64,000 nt of DNA from Bugula neritina (taxonomy: Eukaryota > Animalia > Bryozoa), in assembly GCA_964035545.1 (NCBI GenBank), contig OZ037769.1, positions 11,748,633 through 11,812,632 of the forward strand, read 5' to 3'. The position numbers and the translations under genes were made by a program. The first letter of the stretch is position 1. Every line of letters starts with the position of its first letter. Under the pieces are notes generated by a model that saw only the letters and a program-made list of their open reading frames with translations, was not told where the DNA came from and did not search any database. Shown here piece after piece: positions 1 to 12,817 of the stretch.

Positions 1-1308
1 CTTTAACTTATGTACTTTGCCTCCTACAGATGAAGCTATTGCACAATGTCACCAGAGCACACCTCCAGGTAGCCATATGAAACTTCGGCATTAAACTCAC
101 TAGAACATTGGTAGGTGAAAAGAGATCTAATAGAATCTCTTTTATCAAAAAAGTAGGAAATGATGTTGTGCTTACACCAGCCAGTATTATGGAGTGGATC
201 ATTTTACCTAATTTTGTGTACACTCGATGACTTTAGTTTTGGCGATTTTTTACAATTTAGCTGTTATTGTATATAAATTTTTGCCTCAAACTATTAAAAT
301 TTTAACAAATAAAACTGAATAATTAAGGCTTTTTCAATTATGCATGATTTTCTATGTTTTTTCCTAATTTATTAGTACATTGAGATATTATATGGACCGT
401 GATGGTTCACAAATATATATTTAACTCGTATGACATGACGCAGCGCTTAAATGTTGCAGGACCTCTTCCCAGTTTTTTTTGCTATGCATAGTTAGAATCA
501 GCAAATTCTATTACTCTTTGTAGTAAGTGTTAATGAATTTTGAGCAAACATTAAAATTTTTGATCATAATCTGCTGATGCGTGCTAAATAAAGTAAAATG
601 GCCCAAATTCATTAAATGCTCTTGTGGAAGCCAACAATCATGCAAAACAAGGAGATATGGCTATTCTTATAGTACATCTATCCCATGCACAGAGTTCTGT
701 CCTTGTGAAGCAGTAACAGGAGTGTGCTGCAATGAACTAACATTTCTAACAAATGCTAATGATGGAAAAAAAAAGTGTTTAATATGAACATGAGCGAAAG
801 TTTTTCACATCTGTATGATTATATATATGTTCCATTTTATCTTCAGCTGAGCAATATGCCTGTGTATCTTTTTCACTTTTTATTCACTGGCAATAAGCAA
901 TGTTTTTCTTTATATATCTGTCCAAAAAATTATTCAAAAACCTTGTATCATTTCTCTGCACCATATGTGATGTTTTATTGAAGCAATTCCAATTTTTGAG
1001 CTGAGCAACATGTTTCTTGGTTTTTTACCTTGATTAATTTTGCACTGGCATGGCAGATATTCATTCCAAAAATGCACATCTATTTGAATCATCAAAAAAA
1101 TTTGGTTTTTGCAACATAATATAGACTTTATGCCTATTAGATTACGGTTTTTTCATAATTGGCGGCCATCTTGGATTTCTCGAAATGCTGAAGGGTGGCA
1201 GGTCCACACCCACCTGGAAACATTTACCTGGACCCTCAAGATAAATAATAAAGAGAGAAAAACACTTTATGCGAGATTGCGAACCTAACCCCCAGTTCTG
1301 CCAGACTA
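1..1308 (+). mobile_element. Degenerate 3' end of an Academ-like (XPG/Cys-rich) DNA transposon
   Basis: A frameshifted LPPTxEA...RAHLQVAI-type motif at ~18-80 and a Cys-rich CxC...C...CTEFCPC segment (581-787) resemble the C-terminal region of Academ-type transposases. The segment ends in ...GCCAGACTA (1308), matching the TAG...CTA termini known for Academ. Similarity to the host duplicate at ~21.95 kb starts right after 1308. Confidence 0.5.
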
Positions 1309-2022
1309 TTTCTCACAAATTAAGTTCTAACTTCTTCCCAGCCGTCTCAAGATCCTCTTCCTGTGCATCTATACCTGCAGTTCCGGTCAACAAGGAAATA
1401 CTTTCATAATTAGTTTAGCAGATATTTTTCTTCAGCTATGAACTTGAGTAAAAATAAAAAAGCTATGAAGTGATGCATTTAATAGTTTTCAGCAATGAGT
1501 GTATCTTTATTTCAATTTATTATCCATGCAATTCTTTTTCAATCTTATACATGCTTATTTATTTGATTTTTGCAAACCAATTTTGAGTTGTTTTGTTAAT
1601 TTGAAAATATTATTCCATGTGTCTGTCAAATGCACTCCAAGCGCCCGTTAGACACATACAGGTTTTAAAACACTTAACAACAAGTAGCAAACAAAATATG
1701 TAATATTTTATCTATGTAGCAGTAGGAATAAGAATATTATAATGAATTACTGCAAAATTTCATTTAAAGAAAGCTGTATAGATTGCTATAATGATCAATA
1801 GTAATGTATTCTATTTATGTTCAATTTAATCAAAACTAGGTATAACATTGTTTCCGCACACGTATATGTGTAGATGAAGCTGAATAGCTTAACTTACCCA
1901 TACCTAGAGCAATGCACGTGGCAGCTTGGCACAAAAACATAGTACATGAGGTTTTGATCAATTAAGCCATGTTATTTAAAACAGAAGTAAATATATTTAC
2001 AATATTATACTGATTATAGTAT

Positions 2023-2240
2023 AGGGAGCTATCGTGGTCTAGGGGTTAGGGCGTTTGCTTAGTAAATACGAAGTCATGGGTTCCAACCGGACAAAAGCTA
2101 TTGAAGATATTAAGAAGAGCATCTAATTACAATTGCTTCTGTGCCTTATCTGAATAATTTCTTAGCCAAATTTAACAAAAAATTCTTTCCATTAAGGGTT
2201 TCTTACAAGGAATGGCGACTATAAACTTGCATGAGTTCTT
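2023..2240 (+). mobile_element. tRNA-derived SINE, copy 1 (more decayed)
   Basis: A box (tggtctagggg) and degenerate B box (ggttccaacc). Body homologous to the adjacent copy. Flanked by an 18-bp direct repeat ttatactgattatagtat (2005-2022, 2241-2258). Confidence 0.8.
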
Positions 2241-2268
2241 TTATACTGATTATAGTATGAAATGCGTT

Positions 2269-2480
2269 AGGGAGCAGCCGTGGTCTAGGGGTTAGAGTGT
2301 TTGTCTAGTGAGCACGAAGTCATGGGTTCGAACCCCGACAAAGGCTATTGGTGATGTTAGGAAGAGCATCCAGTCATAATTGCTCCTGTGCCCCACCTAG
2401 ACAAGTCCTTAGCCCGATTTAACAAAGACCCTATCCATCAGGGTTTCTCACAGGGATAGCAACTATAAACTTGCGTGAGT
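2269..2480 (+). mobile_element. tRNA-derived SINE, copy 2
   Basis: A box tggtctagggg and canonical B box ggttcgaaccc. Flanked by a 19-bp TSD ttatagtatga(a/c)atgcgtt (2250-2268, 2481-2499). Confidence 0.85.
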
Positions 2481-3778
2481 TTTATAGTATGACATGCGTT
2501 GCGAAGTGGTATAATAAACAAGTATTATAGACTACTCAAGAATCTTTCTTAATATGTCATAAGCATCAGTTGTTATGTAATCATTGACATGTTACAGTAA
2601 AATATCTCCAGTTACATATATAGATAGAAAATTAATTAAACTGAAAGTAATTTTCTTGAAGCAAATACTTTAAAATGCATCATCATTGATTTAATGAGAG
2701 TTAAGACTTATAGCATGCTTCAAACCTGCTTCCAAATGCTGACAGACAGTGACTAGAGTAAAACATAAACACCTGCACTCTGAACAAAACTTACCTATTC
2801 TGCACCTTTCAGGTTTGTCTTCCTCTATTACATTGACTGATCTGTGATATACTAGTATATTATTATAAATATTATTAAGCTAAAGTGCCACATGCTTATA
2901 AAATTAGTTAGTAACTTTTTTATGTTAAATCCCAGTTCCATACTGCAATATTTGTACTCATATTGTGTGCGTATTTTTGTGATTAACAAATATATTTGAA
3001 TTAATTATTAATTTGCTATAATCAGCTTTATAAATTATGTCTTTTGACAAAAAGTATATATTACAAGTTACAAACAGTATACTATTTTACAATAAACAAT
3101 AACAGGACTAAATCACTAACTATAAAACAGTTGTGCTATCACAACCAATTTATTGTAGCATGAATTTAAGAATTACTATAATTAGCACATCAGTAAAAAA
3201 GCCTTATGTAACTGGGTACGTGTCTGTTTCTTTAGTCACTATATAAAAACTACTTGATATTCCGAGAAACAAATATAAACTATATATACGTACTATAGAA
3301 AAAAAACATGGTCAGAGATAATGCTCAGCTCCAATGAAAGACAATCTGTTTTTACTATAATAAGAATGTGAAACATTCTTATTATTCAGCAGGCATCACA
3401 GAATAGAGCACCATTTAGTTGTAAAATCATTATGGGATGCAAAAGAAAATGAAAATTTTTTTAAAAAATTACAAACAGCAAAAAGAAGAGATCAATAAAA
3501 TGAGTAGGAGAGATAAAATGATTTTTTATGATTTGAGTGATGTGCTCTAGTAAGGTTTCTATATAGGTCTATCACTTTTTAACTGCATGAATTTATAAAA
3601 ATGGCTTCAAGAATGTTTTTTAGTTTTTCACCGTAACTGATTTATTCTTTGGGGAAATGTTTTAAGAATCTTTTTTTAAAATAGTATTGTATTATTATGA
3701 TATGAAACAGTGCAGTTTCTGACATTTTATATAGTTATACTCAAGTTATAGACTGTATAGTGTTGAGTTTACCCAGTG

Positions 3779-3848
3779 GCTCCTGTGGTGTAATGGTAGC
3801 ACACTTGCTTGCAAGCAAGAGGACTCGGGTTCGATTCCCAGTGGGGCA
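3779..3848 (+). pseudogene. tRNA-Ala(TGC)-like pseudogene or SINE head, copy 1
   Basis: D arm gtgt-aatggta-gcac, anticodon arm cttgc-ttgcaa-gcaag (only a 6-nt loop), T loop ggttcgattcc. Acceptor and T stems are imperfect. Confidence 0.6.
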
Positions 3849-4001
3849 ATTATTTTCAAGCTATTTCGGCCTGTAGTAAAGTGTAGTAGTAGTACTCCGA
3901 GGGAATTGAGAAGCCAAGGGAGCCTGAAAACTGAATGAGTAGTAGATAGGCTAGTGGAGTTCAGAGAACTGGGTAGGATGTAGTGATGAGTTTACCCAGT
4001 G

Positions 4002-4073
4002 GCTCCCCGTGGTGTAATGGTAGCACATTTGCTTGCAAGCCAGAGGACTCGGGTTCGATTCCCAGTGGAGGCA
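4002..4073 (+). pseudogene. tRNA-Ala(TGC)-like pseudogene or SINE head, copy 2
   Basis: Near-identical to copy 1 at a spacing of ~223 bp, including ~20 bp of shared 5' flank (tgagtttacccagtg). Anticodon stem has a mismatch. Confidence 0.55.
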
Positions 4074-4990
4074 AAGCTATTTTTCAGACAGTAAAAATAT
4101 TTTTTCTTCAAAAAGATGTAGTAACGAAGCTTATAGTGAGTGTGATAACAATTAACATATTTTGTATGGGTATAGAGCAGAAGTTGTGGCTAAATTGAAA
4201 AGTTTCTTCATTAGTGCAAGATTTAGTTATCACTTTGATGCTTGCTTAGGTTTGTTATAGTGCTGTCAAGTTTAAACTGAGTTCAACTGTTTCTGTGAAC
4301 AAGATGTATAGCAATAAAATGGAGTTAGTTGATCATGGATTATATAATCTATGATAATCTCTATACCTTTTACTTATCAAACAAACTATGAACCCAACAA
4401 GCATATTATAGACTCCTATAGATTTTCTGCATGGAATCGCAAATATACTGCATATTACTTATATTCATGCAATTTATATTTGAGCTCGTGTCACAGAGTA
4501 ATAATATAATGTAAAACATTGATGTCAGCTTGATTCAGAGGGATTCTTGCATTATTTATGAAGCATGATCACATTAGCCGTAATTGCATTTATGATTTTT
4601 GCTGTCCTAAGTGCTAAACTTTTGTATTTTTCTTGCAGAAAGATGGTAAAGATTGAAGCTGCTGCTAATGACATGGTGTATCAGAATAATAACTGCTGTA
4701 ATTGACAACTATGTATATATTCAACTATAGAAAGAAAGATGAGCAGAGTGATGCAGTAATACAGTGACACAGAGTGATACACTGTACTACATTAAGACTG
4801 ACATGGTATGTGCAAAGTAAATCTTGTTTACTTATTAAATATGAGAAAATATTTTTCTAATTCTAGCGCTTACCTCATGTATTTTACTTGCAGAAATAGT
4901 GTAAAGCCACCAGACCATGCAATAGCATATCTAATAGTAAAAGATTTGCATAGACTTTGTTGTGTATTTAACCTTAGGTTATAAAGAAAG

Positions 4991-5954
4991 ATGAAAAACT
5001 ACAGTTTCTCATACAGAGATATTCTACCCTAGCTGTCACAATGACACAGATCAATGCTATCATCCACTTGCACAGATTCTCGATGCAGTGAACTGTCTTT
5101 CCATAATTCTCAATATTTTACATCTGGTTATACTAAATCAGATGAAAGAGATTAAAACTACCAAATATTTCTGGATTCTAGTGAATTTTATCATCTCTGA
5201 TTTAGTATTCTGTTTTCTCAGTTTTCTATACTATAACTGTGAGGTTAGACAAGCCGTTTTGAAGCTTCATGCACCAGCGGCTTATTGGATTTCAAAGGTT
5301 ATATTTGCTGGAATGGGATGTGGAACTATTCTAAGGTTCTTTGTGTTTTTGTTATCTAGTATTGAGAAGTATATTGGGGTTTGTCAGCCATACAAGTATA
5401 ACACACACTTTTTTATTAACAATTTCAAGTGTGTAGCTGGACTCACTTACACTTTAGGGTTGCTATGCCCAATCGCACTTGGCATGATACCAGAAATAAA
5501 ATTTTGCTGCACATCAATGACTTTGCGAGTTGTGCCACAAACTCTCGAACAAAAAATAGTCTATTCGTTGTTTGTAATTCAAAATTCTATTCTGTCTATT
5601 CTAATATCTGTTATACTGGTCAAAGTATGGAAAGAGTTGAAGGTAATGATTCAAAGGAACTCATCTGAAGATAGACTAGTAATATCAGCCAGTAAATACA
5701 TTATTTGGAGTTATGTTGCCTACCAACTTAACCTTTTATTTGTTATTGTAATTATGATCTGTCAGATATTTACCTTTATTTCCACCTTTGCGATTACAGT
5801 GGAAGCAATAAGTGCAATTTTTGCTTCAATGTATGGCATTGCAAATATTTTGATGTTTATTTATTTTCATCCCAAATACATTGATCATGTAAAGAGTATT
5901 TTAAAAGTAGGTAGTCGTTCTAACAGAGTTGTTAGACCTGGAGAATGCAACTAA
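4991..5954 (+). CDS. Rhodopsin-class (class A) 7TM GPCR, probably a lineage-specific chemoreceptor; start codon problematic
   Basis: Multiple hydrophobic segments, an SIEKYIGVCQPYKY (DRY-like) motif and an NILMFIYF (NPxxY-like) motif. The frame is open from 4995 and gives an N-terminus with an N-glycosylation sequon (NDT) and two Cys. The ATG at 4991 is out of frame by one A. Confidence 0.8.
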
Positions 5955-8499
5955 GATAACACAGTACTTTCTCCAAAAGCAGATTAATGGAATATTTCAT
6001 GTTCTCACTCAAAGCACACTTTAAAATCTGTCATTAAACCATTAAATCAGATATATCTCATCCTGAACCAGATCCTTGACATTGTAGATGATGTTACTAC
6101 CCTAAGAACATATGCCCTGTTTAAAATTCAGACTAGTTGCAAGTTCAGACATAACAGAAAACAACTTTCCCTGTCTTTTCCAATAGTTTTGAACCTGCCG
6201 CTAGCAAGAATTTTTTTAATAATAAAATTACTTAAACACATACACAAGTTGAACTCGCCACTCAAATATTGACACCCACTCTCACGCCATCATTCATGAC
6301 TAAACATATAGTAGCATTGTAAAATGCCTTTCCATTACAGCCCTGAATAATTTTGCTGTTTCACAACTTTTTCCAGTGTTACATATTTAAAATATGAAAT
6401 AGTCAAAACTTTGTTTATTGTAAAGTGCTTGGCTGTTTATTGATCGTCACATTTCTCATCAAATAGTATTTACCGTTTAAATCATTGTTATCAGTGTTAA
6501 TTCAAAGATATTGTTTTTTGTCTTTTATTATATATTTGATTTTAATAACTACTTGAGAAATAAGAGAGAAGTTGTCATGCTAATGAATTTTGGAGTTATT
6601 TTATTTCAATTATAATATTACTATAATATTATGTTGTTTTGTTATTATGTGGAGTTATGTTTATGTATTAATAAAGCTAGATTAACAACATCCTGTTGAA
6701 TTCATGCTGCATGTATTTGTCTATATGACCATAAGGCTGTGAGGACAGGCTTTAATGCATTATCAACAAAGTTTTACCTACTTGACTCTAAGTGCTGTAA
6801 ATTAAAGCAGTTCAAAACTGTTCCTGTATGGGCTTCATAACAGTACTTGTGAGCATGGTAGTTGATAAAGTTTGTAAGGCTGATGATGAAAATATTCTCT
6901 TATAAATTTCATACAAACAAATAAGAAATCAAGTTTGCAAAACTTGTTTTAGTGTTCATTTTTAGTGCCATCAATAAATTCTCTCTACATTGATTATGAA
7001 CATTTGATGCCTAGAGGTTACTATATTACAGCTGAGAAGTCTCACTTCTTGTCGATGATAGCAAATTGAAACATAAATTATATTTTTAAGTATACTGACG
7101 TGTTTAGTTACATATTACATCTATTTTCATTTAACCTAAGCGATACACCTTTTACATCATATTTGATAAGCATTGAACCCAGCTTTCATTATTTGATATA
7201 TAGTAGATTTGTGCAGAGTAACTTCATACTAGCAGACACATTTGTGTCATTTATCATGAAAAGAAAACAACCAGGAAAATAATTTCTCAGCATTGCTAAA
7301 GTATTTATTAGCAGGTGAAGCAGACAACATAAGTATGATAACTTCATAACATGTATGCGAATTAATAAATATAAAATTAAAATTGTCAAAATTTAACAAG
7401 TTTCAATTTTGTTTGCAAAGTGTATAATTTGGTCTTAAAATAGTAATTAGTATGCTGTGTGACATATTGCCATTTTAGAGGTAGTATATAACATGGTGCC
7501 CCTAGTCAAATTTATCCAAATTGCTCATAGCGACATATTTAATATAATATAGTAGTTGAAAATATTACTTATTGTGACTTACATACAGCAACTAATCAAT
7601 ATTGTATATTATATATAATCACAGCATACCATATTATATAGCAACAGCTGGGTTAATTAAGGAACTTAATACTCACAATATCATATAAGTATATTATATA
7701 ATAAGATCATGCATTACCTGAAGGGGAGATTTAGAGATGGCCGATGTCTGTAACTTAGTAAAACACAACTCAGTGGTTACATCACCCTGTTATAACCTTC
7801 ACTACACATAATTAGATTTATGTTCACATACTAAATCTCCTCAACGAAGTAGCAAAATTGAATATTAGATAATATATTTATTGGTTCTGAATTGAAGTGT
7901 TTCCTGCAGCAGAATGAAACTTGCAACAGAACCTCTTATCACAATCTCCTATGCAACTGATTAGTGAAGTATTTCAGGCATGTTGTAGACGTTCTTCAAC
8001 CGTGATGATTAGTTTGGCAGAGGGGAGGGCAACTCCCAATTTATTGACTTTTTGGCTTAAAAGTAGTATAACTCCAAAAATAACGCACCGCAGCCTTAAT
8101 GACTTGCGGATAAAAGCAAAAATAATTAAGAAAATTTAAGTCAAAATGCCTTAAGCACTAAAGTAAAATTATATAGCTATTTTTGCCAGTAAAAATTATA
8201 AGATAAATAATAATTTTGCAAAACCTATGCCATTTACTTTCTTGTTGTTCTTTTGAAAAATGCATATTAAAGCTTCAAACTTTGCATATCAACTTGCCTT
8301 TTACGAAGGTCATAGTAGTTAATAATGTTGTTAAAATTTGCTCTGCTGCTGATTGCAGAATAGATTTCTTATGTTTAGTGTCAAAGTTAAATTCAACAAT
8401 ATGCTTTTATCAGATTTTATTTTGACAGTTGAAAAAACAATATTTTAGAATGATATATTATACCAATGTAAAATTTGTTTAGTAACAAATCACTTGCAT

Positions 8500-8830
8500 A
8501 TTAAAATAGAATGTTCATGCAAATTATAGTTTGAAGTTAAAATATTATACAGCAAGTTATTGCTATTAAAATAAAATTTTAGATATGAAGAAGGCGCCAA
8601 TTTTTGGAATGGTTTCAAAACCCTACACGAGCTGGATGCCAGGAAATTTGCCTTGGGAAAAGACAACAGCACTGACATCTGTTAATAGAGAACACATAGT
8701 TTCAACTCTGGTTTTGAAATTTAGCTCAAATGAGATTCCAAGTGCTTTCCTAAACCACACCACTAGAAACGTGGGTTCTACTGTTGTGATTAAATTCGGC
8801 TCAAGTGAAATTCCAGATCTGTCAAATTGA
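8500..8830 (+). pseudogene. Decayed partial paralog of the orphan gene exon at 13539
   Basis: PIFGMVSKPYTSWMPGNLPWEKT aligns with PVFGMVREPYTGWVPRSLPWEKT. The upstream intron end (aaaatagaatgttcatgcaaa...tag) is also shared. Stop at 8828-8830. Confidence 0.7.
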
Positions 8831-11800
8831 CTTAAGGAACAATATTGGCTAATCAAAAACAAATTACAAAAAAACATGCAAAAGGAAGCCTAACTGTTGA
8901 CAGATTTTGCAATAATTTAATATTTTGTATCAAGTCAAGATCCTGAAAAGACTTCTAGCTCTTTTGGGTAAAATAAGTTTTGTAAGCTAAAAACACATAA
9001 AGGAAAGTTGGCCAGCATATATTGCCTTAAGGTGCAGTTTCCTTTGAGAGATTTCTAAAACTTACAAAGAAAACAAGAAGGCATTGCCTAATAATTGAAA
9101 ACTGCATTATAGGCAATAGAAAACAACTTCTAAGCAACAAAACCTGAGATACAGAACTGGCATTGGAGAAAAAGATAGTTGCATAAAGGAAAAAAACATG
9201 CAATTTCTGAATATAAGTAAAAGCAGTACACATGCAGTTCAATAAAAATATAATTGCTAAACGATAAAACGTGATGTTATCTAGGAGTGAGTTCATCAAA
9301 CTTGCCAACCACTCACAACTTCCTCTCGAAGCAAGCTCTTAGTCTATTCAATCAGTTATTAATGTAAAACCGATGATGTAATACAGAGAATCCAACATGA
9401 AACTAGTGATATCTTCTCTAAATAACTGCCATGTTCTAGAGTTCTAATGTTGATGCAGTTGCAGATTGCCAGCTAATTGTTACCATATTTTGACCAGGAC
9501 AGTAGATTGAGAGATCAGGACAGATGAACACACCTGATGGTTCGTACTTGTGTCGGAGGTTATGGAGATTATCATTGATAGTTTCTGAATCTGTTCATAG
9601 ACATCACATTCTACAAGCAAACATAAAACATATAAAACTGCTATTGTGATTGCATGCATTGCTGTTATTATATATTTATATTTATTTATTTATTACTCAC
9701 TATTTGCATTCCACCCTATTGTTTTCTACGTGTGCATAAGGTTTCTTACTCTAAATGTATACTCTGAGTATTTTATTCAGCTATATATTAATTTGTTGAA
9801 AATATGATTATAAAAATGTTAATATTGCTAGATTTTTCACTTGTTGACTATATAATTACATGCATATTATGTAACTTTTGTTTACTAATATTTTCTTTCC
9901 AATTCACTCTTTGCTTGACTGACATCGTTGTGGATATACATGTTATAATTTACAGTAAAAATAGTCACTTTTGATACATTATACGATTTTATACTCACTA
10001 TATTTTCTTTCTTTATAATGCAATGATGAATGTTTATTCAAATGGAGAAGCTTTTGCAGCGCAATATAAAACAAGAATAAATGCAATAATTCATTCCAAT
10101 CATACTTGTTGATTGTTTCTTTGCAATGATTTCTTTCAACTTTTGTTTTTAGTAATATCTCTGTTACTAATATATGCTTATTATCAAAGTGCTCAAGAAA
10201 AATAGGGCTATACAATAATTATTATAATACAGTTATTGGTGTTTGAATTGTGGCAATATTTCAGACATATTTACAATACAACGTACTAAAAGTTGAAATG
10301 TTTACTAAATATTGTAAATATGTTTATTCTTAATTTTTTGTTGTTTTACATGACATTTATCACTAGTAAATAGTATAGGTTACTACGGTACCAAAATAGT
10401 TATTCGGTTTAGTTTTACTTATAGTAACTTATAAAGCTGGTATAATTGGTCACAATTTTTTTTTTGAATGGCTTTTCAAAAGGAAATATTTTGCATGTAC
10501 TTAAAAATATTGTGTTTTCTATAACTAAAACCAATGATGGAAAAATTATTGTTCCATTACGTAATGAGAATCCTACATTCACACATTTCTTTTTTGTTGA
10601 AGAATTGAGTGAACCTGCCAAATATTTTTTGTAGATTAAAAATGCAAACGGCCTCAGGTTTAAATCAAATGATTTTCTTAAAACATTATCTTCAATGGCA
10701 AGTATTGGAAAGTGCAATATTTTCTGATTATAGTCATAAGTTGCAGTTTAGTTTATGAAGTTTACAAATAGAATGCATCATGTAATTATATGATTATAAC
10801 ACCAATTACAATATAATCAAACAGTATATCTATATAGACAAATTAGTAATTTACTAACATCAACCAGTTGTTTATTAAAAACATTACGACATCATATGAT
10901 TGTTTACTGGTTTCTCATAGCAACGATTGTTAGCAGCCATCTTGTTTAATAGAAATGGTTTCACTAATTGTAAAATAACTGATTGTACTCCTTGTCAATG
11001 ATTATTTTATGCGAATAAAACTTTATATGATTACATATTATACTAGCTGATTATCTGAGCCATGGAAACTCTAGCGTTGGCTAGATTCTGGTGTATCTTT
11101 ACCCAGATGGTTTCACTCAAAGAACTTGGTAAGATTTCTGTTCTACTGATAACACCACAAATGTTTGCTTTATTTTATAACTTTTTGTATTGCTAAATGA
11201 TGAAGCAGTTATCATAAATATTTGTCTACTTTGATGTTTTTAAATGATGATGCAGATTGATCACATAAAATGCATCCTACTGTGTAAACCATCAAACATC
11301 TAAACAAATCACATAATAATTGAAACATTTTTCTTTAAAAAAAAGTATTTTCTTATATGATCATAAAAAGCATTTCATTTCAATGACTAAAAAAATCTGT
11401 AATTGACTGTAATGTGGGAGCAATTTGAGCTTTTGAGAATATTTCTGTTTCAGATTTATTATAGTTAAGTTATATGCATTTAGTGAATGTCTAAGAACTA
11501 TAAATTGATTTATTAATTGATTTAGGTAAATGTTTTTATCAAGAGAGAGAAAAATCAGGATGGGAGAAGGTTCTCAGCTTCTTGTAAGAGTTTAAAATAA
11601 TTTATAAGTTCATTGCACAGTCATAAAATTAATCCAGTTTAATTGTGACAACTTTTATAAACTATAGCTGCAAGTTTTAAGTAAAGCTATTGATATTTTA
11701 TACTCTATACCATTCTTTTTCAGACTTCATCTATATCACAAAAATATTTCAAATTACTATAAAATAAACAAAGCAAATAGACTGGCAGTTTTATGCACTT

Positions 11801-12817
11801 CAAAAACGTATTCAATCTGAACCCAGCAGTGGCTTGAGTAACTTTATACACTGATGCACTTTCAATGCAGTGTTCATTTAGGTTTTTACTCAACATTCGC
11901 CTCTTCAGCCATCACTGGCAATTGTTTTATAAATTAAGTCTTCATAATGTCAACTTTTACTAGGTTGTGCATAAGCTCATCAAAATTTAAAAATTTTTGA
12001 CAATATTTTTGATTCTTTTGTAGCTATGACATGTATCCTCCAAGAGAACTCTCTACATTGGAAGGCGAGTGATTTATTATCAACTAACTCATGTGGTTTA
12101 AATTACCCAATAGAATGGTAGAAAATGGTGAAAAAATTAAGTCTAAGCACTGGTTCTCACAAAATTATTGTGTTCTTCAGACAGAAGTAAATGATTTTTT
12201 ATAGATGCAAATAACATTTTATAAAAACAGTTTAGAAACTGCGGCCACTGCGGCCACTATGGGCATTACAGAATGAAATTTTAACAACTATGTAATGAAT
12301 AAATTTATTCCAATTCATGGATTTGAAAACCTTGCCAAATTATAGGTAACTTATATAAAATTACAATTCAGTTTATCACCTAATGTAGTGACAGTAAATC
12401 TTGAGCTTGCTTGCATTGTTTCACTATTTTTGCAAACTCTAAACTTTATTCCAACTATTTTTTAAACTTTGATTTCACAGTTTATTGGAATGCATTCCTC
12501 TCACTGCATGTCAAAGCAGAACCCCCCAAAAACCTGCCTTGGCACACTCAATTTGCTCTGGAAATCCAGTATTGCTTTGGGTAAGATCTTTAAATATATT
12601 TTATGCGGTGTATTTTATTGCAATATATACACCATAACTTTAAACATATTTCTAAAAACATTGGCTTTTTTTGTTTAGAGCTCACAAAATTAATTGATTG
12701 CTTTGATATTTTTTTATCAAAAATGATGTGCACAATTGCTTATAAGAATTACCATAAATATGCTTAAATGTAAATTACTTACAGTTTGTGCTAATGTAGT
12801 TTTTGTGTCACTCTAGA

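Larger units (their letters stand above)
1310..3560. repeat. Old segmental duplication, copy 1 (partner ~21950-23680)
   Basis: Collinear shared blocks, e.g. aaacctgcttccaaatgctgacagacagtgac at ~2722 and ~23010, and tactcaagaat...ttaatatgtcataa at ~2533 and ~22833. The SINEs at 2023-2480 are absent from the partner. Confidence 0.8.

Noticed and set aside
7100-12678. Numerous 60-100-aa ORFs in AT-rich DNA
   Set aside because: No motifs, mostly non-ATG starts, and consistent with chance. The exception is the 8585 paralog fragment, which is listed as a feature.
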